Positions 35,917-37,273 of a stretch of DNA of 37,273 bases are shown here, one piece after another. Each line of letters starts with the position of its first letter. Positions within the stretch are counted from its first letter, which is position 1. Source of the stretch: a virus (Duplodnaviria; Caudoviricetes). Under the pieces are notes generated by a model, which saw only the letters and a program-made list of their open reading frames with translations, was not told where the DNA came from and ran no database searches. Position numbers and translations under genes: made by a program. The stretch is from the IMG/VR virus record IMGVR_UViG_3300037045_000324, positions 1-37,273 of that record, one strand, 5' to 3'.

Positions 35917-36212
35917 CGCACCACCAATTCTGCCAGCAGGCCACCCAAGATCAAAAAGAATCCAAAGAAAGCGATAATTTGCAGGTAGGGTCTAAGCACC
36001 TTAAGACAGCTTTTTATAATCGTTAGACAGATCTTAAGTACCTTCACCAAACTGAGCTTCACGGGTTGATCGGTTATATACTTGCCCATCTTACTCGCAT
36101 ACCTAATCTCCGAGATATGATGGACTTTGGCCGTATGGTAGCTATTGAATCCCCGCGGTTTGCGGTTGTTGTTTATTTGGACTATGTTATTTACCGGTCT
36201 AATGCCTACCAT
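35913..36212 (-). CDS. Hypothetical protein with C-terminal membrane helix
   Basis: 99 aa; IIAFFGFFLILGGLLA; stop/start overlaps with neighbours. Confidence 0.65.
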   Translation of the reverse strand: MVGIRPVNNIVQINNNRKPRGFNSYHTAKVHHISEIRYASKMGKYITDQPVKLSLVKVLKICLTIIKSCLKVLRPYLQIIAFFGFFLILGGLLAELVVR

Positions 36213-36457
36213 CAGATTTCCTCCCGTTCTCGGTAATCAGCTACTGCCATCAGCTTTCCAGGGCTAATATAATCTACGTACGATCTGTATCCTCCGTGCC
36301 TTTTTGGAGATGAAGTCCGTACCAGGACTGGCGCATCCACCACATTTAATTTTGGCCTAGCCAGCATAGAACTCGGCACACGTAACGGCTTGGTGTTTGA
36401 TCCTGGACCGGCGTTATTATTGCGCCTCGGCAAGTGAATCACCTGTCCTTTTCCCAT
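36212..36457 (-). CDS. Hypothetical basic protein
   Basis: Coupled to downstream gene; start may be GTG 36442. Confidence 0.5.
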   Translation of the reverse strand: MGKGQVIHLPRRNNNAGPGSNTKPLRVPSSMLARPKLNVVDAPVLVRTSSPKRHGGYRSYVDYISPGKLMAVADYREREEI

Positions 36458-36581
36458 GTCTGGCTTTCCTGTCTTCTAACTTCTGGATTTTTTCATTGTT
36501 TTTAGCTCTCTCCCGTCCTGCGGCTCTACGATTAGACCGGGCTAACATTCTGCGTTGCTTCCTGCCAGCGTTTTTCTTCAT
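36417..36581 (-). CDS. Small Arg/Lys-rich protein, 54 aa (not in ORF track)
   Basis: MKKNAGRKQRRMLARSNRRAAGRERAKNNEKIQKLEDRKARHGKRTGDSLAEAQ*; GAGGGAGGG SD. Confidence 0.65.
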   Translation of the reverse strand: MKKNAGRKQRRMLARSNRRAAGRERAKNNEKIQKLEDRKARHGKRTGDSLAEAQ

Positions 36582-36640
36582 AACTTGTCCCTCCCTCTGT
36601 TGGTTTAATTTACCAATTTGTTAGGGTAAAAAATTTTGGT

Positions 36641-37273
36641 TTACTCTGGATCTATAACGAACTGACCTTCAATAAGCTTGTACCACGTATCAGCCTTGAT
36701 AATTTCGCCGTCTACCTTAACGCTCTGGACATCTTTTCTATGCCATTCATAATTGTCATCCTTCTCCCACTCAGCCAGGACAAGCCAGCATCCGAGAGCG
36801 CCTTTTGCCTTACCTTCAAATCCGAGACTTGCGGCTACAGATTCCTGACCTTCTACACTGGCGGCACTCCGGTCGCCTGTATTGGTGGCGGCACTCCGGT
36901 CGCCTGTATTGGTGGCGGCACTCCGGTAACCGGTATTGGTGGCGGCACTCCGGTCGCCTGTATTGGTGGCGGCACTCCGGTAACCGGTATTGGTGGCGGC
37001 ACTCCGGTAACCGGTATTGGTGGCGGCACTCCGGTAACCGGTATTGGTGGCGGCACTCTGGTCGCCTGTATTGGTGGCGGCACTCTGGTAACCGGTATTG
37101 GTGGCGGCACTCCGGTCGCCTGTATTGGTGGCGGCACTCTGGTAACCGGTATTGGTGGCGGCACTCCGGTCGCCTGTATTGGTGGCGGCACTCTGGTCGC
37201 CTGTATTGGTGGCGGCACTCTGGTAACCGGTATTGGTGGCGGCACTCCGGTCGCCTGTATTGGTGGCGGCACT
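36641..37273 (-). CDS. Nonapeptide (NTGxxSAAT) repeat protein, 5' end outside the window
   Basis: Open frame from window edge to TAA 36641; repeats run into SVEGQESVAASLGFEGKAKGALGCWLVLAEW...VDGEIIKADTWYKL...DPE. Confidence 0.9.
   Translation of the reverse strand, partial: SAATNTGDRSAATNTGYQSAATNTGDQSAATNTGDRSAATNTGYQSAATNTGDRSAATNTGYQSAATNTGDQSAATNTGYRSAATNTGYRSAATNTGYRSAATNTGDRSAATNTGYRSAATNTGDRSAATNTGDRSAASVEGQESVAASLGFEGKAKGALGCWLVLAEWEKDDNYEWHRKDVQSVKVDGEIIKADTWYKLIEGQFVIDPE
36860..37273 (-). repeat. Coding tandem array of 27-bp units, 15 complete copies visible, cut by the window edge
   Basis: Unit AAT AC(A/C) GG(C/T) (G/T)AC C(G/A)G AGT GCC GCC ACC. Confidence 0.97.

Larger units (their letters stand above)
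1..37273 (-). mobile_element. Myovirus-like phage/prophage segment (replication, packaging, head, contractile tail, lysis); ends not in window
   Basis: Continuous co-oriented phage gene order with terminase, portal, capsid, sheath, tube, baseplate, endolysin and PolA/primase genes; Firmicutes-type SD sequences. Confidence 0.97.

Noticed and set aside
36853-37272. ORF-track protein MPPPIQATGVPPP... (139 aa)
   Set aside because: Alternative frame of the 27-bp array; the NTGxxSAAT frame continues into a globular C-terminal domain ending at 36641
36860-37273. CRISPR array
   Set aside because: Head-to-tail units with no unique spacers, length a multiple of three, in frame within a gene, no cas operon

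Overview
The whole window is a co-oriented (all minus-strand) segment of a Firmicutes, probably Clostridia-infecting, contractile-tailed phage or prophage. In transcription order (right to left) it has: early accessory genes, including a nonapeptide-repeat protein cut by the window edge; a PolA-type replication module (DUF2800-like nuclease, DUF2815-like SSB, DNA polymerase A, ThyX, a helicase-DNA amino-methyltransferase fusion, a C5 methyltransferase, VirE-type primase/helicase, an iteron-flanked candidate origin, VRR-NUC, SNF2 helicase); an ArpU/RinA-type late activator; packaging and head genes; a PBSX/Xkd-type tail and baseplate; a tail fibre; and XhlA plus amidase lysis genes. No integrase, repressor or att site is visible. 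Observations the ORF track misses: (1) a ~17 kb block (~2.3-19.3 kb) strongly depleted in TAG/GAG/TCG/GCG and their complements, with edges inside the tail fibre and large terminase genes; (2) a moron whose RBS is predicted to be hairpin-blocked in read-through mRNA but free from its own promoter, with a G9 tract; (3) a relic of a paralogous moron fused to the end of the minor head gene; (4) a relic HNH 5' end upstream of terS; (5) a -1 frameshift in the tail chaperone; (6) an internal start in the endolysin; (7) a 3D-like domain lacking its aspartates; (8) an uncalled Arg-rich peptide. Family assignments come from motif recognition and gene order, not database searches. Counts are manual.
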